Shown one piece after another: positions 59,511 through 64,000 of a stretch of DNA of 64,000 nucleotides. The position numbers and the translations under genes are program-made. The DNA lies in the NCBI GenBank assembly GCA_002269645.1, contig NIVC01000068.1:248001-312000 (forward strand), written 5' to 3'. The stretch's first letter is position 1. Each line of letters opens with the position of its first letter. The notes under the pieces are model-generated. The model made no database searches. It had not been told where the DNA came from and saw only the letters and a program-made list of their open reading frames with translations. This DNA is from Macrostomum lignano. Taxonomy: Eukaryota.

Positions 59511-62500
59511 ATGTCCCAACACAGGCTGCTGTTGTTGCTGACTGCCGCTCTGTTTGCAGCCGCGTCAGCTGCTCCGTGCTTCATCTACCGAGGCTGGAAG
59601 AATCCGTGCCACGAAGTCACCTGCCCGGACAATGCCCAGTGTGTGCCGGCATTGAACATGCACAAGTACAAGTGCACCTGCCCCACGGACTGCTGGGACA
59701 TCGGTGACAGCGATGATAGCGGACAGGTGACGGGGGGCAGACAGTGAGAGGGAGGGGGAGACATGAGAAGGAAAGCACTGTGAGATGAGATGGAAGGCAG
59801 AGTGTGAGATGAGAAGAGAGACTATGAGATGAGACAGAGGGCAGAGTGTGAGATGAGAAGAGAGACTATGAGATGAGACAGATGGCAGAGTGTGAGATGA
59901 GAAGAGAGACTATGAGATGAGATGGAGGGCAGAGTGTTAGATGAGAAGAGAGACTATGAGATGAGACGGAGGGCAGAGTGTGAGATGAGACGGAGGGCAG
60001 AGTGTGAGATGAGACGGAGGGCAGAGTGTGAGATGAGACGGAGGGCAGAGTGTGAGATGAGACGGAGGGCAGAGTGTGAGATGAGACGGAGGGCAGAGTG
60101 TGAGATGAGACGGAGGGCAGAGTGTGAGATGAGACGGAGGGCAGAGTGTGAGATGAGACGGAGGGCAGAGTGTGAGATGAGACGGAGGGCAGAGTGTGAG
60201 ATGAGAAGAGAGAGTAGAGAAAAGTTTACACTGACAGTTTAGCTCAATGGACATAATGAAACTGCATGGATGCAGTATAGGTATCTAGAGTTGAGATTCT
60301 AGAATATTATTTAAGCAACCCACGAGCCCGATGCCAAAGCGATACATGTACATTGTTCGAATGCAGGTGTGCGGCAGCGATGGCATCACCTACGAAAGTC
60401 TGTGCCACCTTCAGCGCGCCTCCTGCCACGCCGCTGTCATGGTGACGCCTGTGTACCGCGGCGTCTGCGACCCCTGCGTCCTGGAAAGCAACGGGAGGCG
60501 GCGCTCCGTGTGCCCGCAGAATCAGCGCTGCGTTTTAGATGCTCTGAGGCGGCCCCGATGCGAGTGCAATTATTCGTGTAGGCGGCTAGATATACTACTA
60601 CTGACTGATCAAGTAGAAAGTGTTGGGCATTTTGTGACTTTTTTGTAACCGCTGAGAAGTGTTTGATGTCCAGTTCCTAGTGGAATCTAGAGGCATGCAA
60701 TTCCTCAGATCTAGAGGCATCCAATTCCTCAGATCTAGAGCTAGGCATCCAATTCCTCAGATCTAGAGGTATGCAATTCCTCAGATCTAGAGGCGTCTTA
60801 ATTCCTCAAATCTAGAAGCATGCAATTCCTCAGATCTAGAGGCATCCAATTCCTCAGATCTAGAGGCGTCTTAATTCCTCAAATCTAGAAGCATGCAATT
60901 CCTCAGATCTAGAGGCATGCAATTCCTCAGATCTAGAGGCATCCAATTCCTCAGATCTAGAGGCATCCAATTCCTCAGATCTAGAGGCATCCAATTCCTC
61001 AGATCTAGAGGCATCCAATTCCTCAGATCTAGAGCTAGGCATCCAATTCCTCAGATCTAGAGGCATGCAATTCCTCAGATCTAGATGCATCCAATTTCTC
61101 AGATCTAGAGCTAGGCATCCAATTCCTCAGATCTAGAGCTAGGCATCCAATTCCTTCAGATCTAGAGGCATCCAATTCCTCAGATCTAGATGCATCCAAT
61201 TTCTCAGATCTAGAGCTAGGCATCCAATTCCTCAGATCTAGAGGCATCCAATTCCTCAGATCTAGAGCTAGGCATCCAATTCCTTCAGATCTAGAGGCAT
61301 CCAATTCCTCAGATCTAGAGGCATCCAATTCCTCAGATCTAGAGCTAGGCATCCAATTCCTCAGATCTAGAGGCATCCAATTCCTCAAATCTAGAAGCAT
61401 GCAATTCCTCAGATCTAGAGGCATCCAATTCCTCAGATCTAGAGGCATCCAATTCCTCAGATCTAGAGGCATCCAATTCCTCAGATCTAGATGCATCCAA
61501 TTCCTCAGATCTAGAGGCATCCAATTCCTTCAGATCTAGAGGCATCCAATTCCTCAGATCTAGAAGCTTCCAATTCCTCAGATCTAGAAGCATGCAATTC
61601 CTCAGATCTAGAGGCATCCAATTCCTCAGATCTAGAGGCATCCAATTCCTCAGATCTAGATGCATCCAATTCCTCAGATCTAGAGCTAGGCATCCAATTC
61701 CTCAGATCTTGAGGCATCCAATTCCTCAGATCTAGAAGCTTCCAATTCCTCAGATCTAGAGGCATCCAATTCCTCAGATCTAGAGGCATCCAATTCCTCA
61801 GATCTAGAGGCATCCAATTCCTCAGATCTAGATGCATCCAATTCCTCAGATCTAGAGGCATCCAATTCCTCAGATCTTGAGGCATCCAATTCCTCAGATC
61901 TAGAGGCATCCAATTCCTCAGATCTTGAGGCATCCAATTCCTCAGATCTAGAGGCATCCAATTCCTCAGATCTAGAGCTAGGCATCCAATTCCTCAGATC
62001 TAGAGGCATGCAATTCCTCAGATCTAGAGCTAGGCATCCAATTCCTCAGATCTAGAGCTAGGCATCCAATTCCTCAGATCTAGAGGCATCCAATTTCTCA
62101 GATCTAGAGCTAGGCATCCAATTCCTCAGATCTAGAGGCATCCAATTCCTCAGATCTAGAGCTAGGCATCCAATTCCTTCAGATCTAGAGGCATCCAATT
62201 CCTCAGATCTAGAGGCATCCAATTCCTCAGATCTAGAGCTAGGCATCCAATTCCTCAGATCTAGAGGCATCCAATTCCTCAAATCTAGAAGCATGCAATT
62301 CCTCAGATCTAGAGGCATCCAATTCCTCAGATCTAGAGGCATCCAATTCCTCAGATCTAGAGGCATCCAATTCCTCAGATCTAGATGCATCCAATTCCTC
62401 AGATCTAGAGGCATCCAATTCCTCAGATCTAGATGCATTCAGTTTCCCAAATCTAGAGGTTCTAGTTCCTCAGATCAATAGATTTCAGTTCCTCAGTCCT

Positions 62501-63598
62501 AAGAGGCCTCCTTAAACTTACTTCAACAGCTCAAACTCGCTCTTCGCAGGCGACCGCATCGGCCCGGACGCTGGCGATCTGGTGTGCGCATCCAACGGCG
62601 TAACCTACTCAGACCAGTGCCGGATGAACCACGACGCCTGCCTTCGCGGCGTCAACACCACGAAGCTGTCCACCGGCGAGTGTCCAACCGGCAAATACTG
62701 CACCGAGTGCCGGCATCCTTACCAGCGCTGCCGAGTTGAGAATGAGCTGACAGGCGTGTCCACCTGTCACTGTCCGGAGTCCTGTCCGCCAGTGCTCAGT
62801 CCGGTTTGCGGCTCCGACAATAACACCTACGAGTCGCTGTGCCACCTGTACAGGCACGCCTGTCTGAACAATCTGCCACCGAAACAGCTGCTGCCAGTCC
62901 ATCGCGGCAGCTGCAGCCGGGAGGGCCTGTGCGGCCGTGGCCGCAGCCAGCCCTGCCTGTTTGGCGGCGTCTGTCGGGTGCGCATCGAGGAGAAGTTGAT
63001 GTCGCATCACCAGATTAGCTACAGCGGCAAGTTCGCCTGCGACCCGCCCGAATGCCTCTGGTCGGAGACGCCAGACGATGCTGAGCCGGCCGGAGACCGC
63101 TGGCTGCTGGCCGTGATTCTGGCCGCCGCAGGCGGAGAGTTCAGCGCCCAGGTGTGCGGTACGGACGGCGTCACGTACAAATCTGAGTGCCACCTGCGCC
63201 GGAGGGCGTTCGAATTGCGGCGCGACATTCGAGTCAGCGAGAGAAGCAGCTGCAATCCGTGCAGGAAGGTCACCTGTCCGCACTTCGGTCTGTGCCGCGT
63301 CAACTCGCGCGGCCAGCCGCAATGCCACTGTCCGACTAACTGTCTGTACAGCCCCGGCGAGACCAGCGTCTGCGGCAGCGACGGTCGAATCCACGACTCC
63401 GGCTGCGAGCTGAGGCGAACCTCCTGTCGGACTAAGCAAGACATTCAGATTTTGCCGATCGAGATGTGCGGCCCGGGAGCTGCCGGCAGAAGGAGGCGTG
63501 GGAATAAAGAAAAGCGCAGCGTCGACCGAGGACGCCAACAGCATCAGCATCGGCTGCGGCATTATCGAAAGCGCAGTTTCCTTGTTGCTCAGCAGTGA
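59511..63598 (+). CDS. Secreted agrin-like protein with five follistatin/Kazal domains, 491 aa. Exons 59511-59726, 60367-60577, 62550-63598
   Basis: Signal peptide MSQHRLLLLLTAALFAAASA; five C-x(n)-C...VCG(S/T)DG/VCASNG-xTY...C modules; splice phases 0 and 1 join correctly (SGQ-VCGSDG; CNYS-C-DRIG); domain 1 CPTDCWDIGDS...VCGSDG...CDPC resembles the invertebrate agrin N-terminus. Confidence 0.85.
59770..60210. repeat. 24-bp purine-rich minisatellite in intron 1 of the agrin-like gene
   Basis: Unit GAGATGAGACGGAGGGCAGAGTGT. Confidence 0.9.
60685..62460. repeat. 24/28-bp minisatellite, about 70 copies, in intron 2 of the agrin-like gene
   Basis: Unit TTCCTCAGATCTAGAGGCATCCAA, variant with GCTA insertion. 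Confidence 0.95.
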
Positions 63599-64000
63599 CG
63601 GAAGATTTTAGAAGCTACAAACTCTAGCGCTGGGGCAACAAAACTTCGTAGCTATGATTCACAAGATTAAATACCCAGATTTGCACACCACTTCCGATCG
63701 AAGCGACTATGAGCGGTAAACTATTTCAAACAAAATTTTCAAACAAAACTTAACAAAACTACTCATATTTAATACTTATTCTCGTAGGCATGTAAATTTA
63801 AATTTATCATTAAACAGCTTTAATAAACAAACAATCAATCACCGCGAGGTTTTATTTACTTCGGTGGTCGGAAAACTTAGAAAAAATCAACGTTTGACTC
63901 TTTTTTAATCACGTGTATGTACATGTACTCTACTATAAGGTTGCATTTAGGAGATGAAGATTATGTATGATGATACTACACATGAGTAACACTGTAAATT

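Noticed and set aside
62609-63562. 317-aa and 141-aa minus-strand ORFs
   Set aside because: Antisense shadow of the GC-rich agrin-like exon 3

Overview
Eukaryotic (animal) genomic DNA, not prokaryotic. GC-rich, Gln/Ala-rich exons are separated by introns packed with mini- and microsatellites; this style suggests a free-living flatworm such as Macrostomum, which is an inference only. Most long ORFs in the supplied track are translations of tandem repeats. Manual splicing with phase checks gives these genes: (1) a + strand Cys-rich/FN3-like extracellular protein (exons 344-10060, probably more); (2) a + strand multi-pass membrane protein (16643-21323), possibly the 3' half of gene 1; (3) cysteine string protein DNAJC5 (25889-27648, +); (4) an uncharacterised Cys/His-domain, basic, poly-Gln nuclear-type protein (34005-29821, -); (5,6) two tandem 7-exon TDG/MUG-family DNA glycosylase genes (43229-39218 and 49986-45516, -); (7) a secreted five-follistatin/Kazal-domain agrin-like protein (59511-63598, +). 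Also present: a CORE-type tRNA SINE, two non-autonomous DNA transposons with TIRs and TSDs in an AT-rich block (50-55 kb), a short dispersed element in three introns, and about 35 tandem arrays. The most interesting signals are the TDG pair (mosaic gene-conversion pattern; GINPG changed to GLNPM at the C5-substituent gate), an in-frame stop-free (ACT)n intron that would add about 300 Thr, an intron with almost no adenosines, and a CCAAT-box minisatellite upstream of only one TDG copy.
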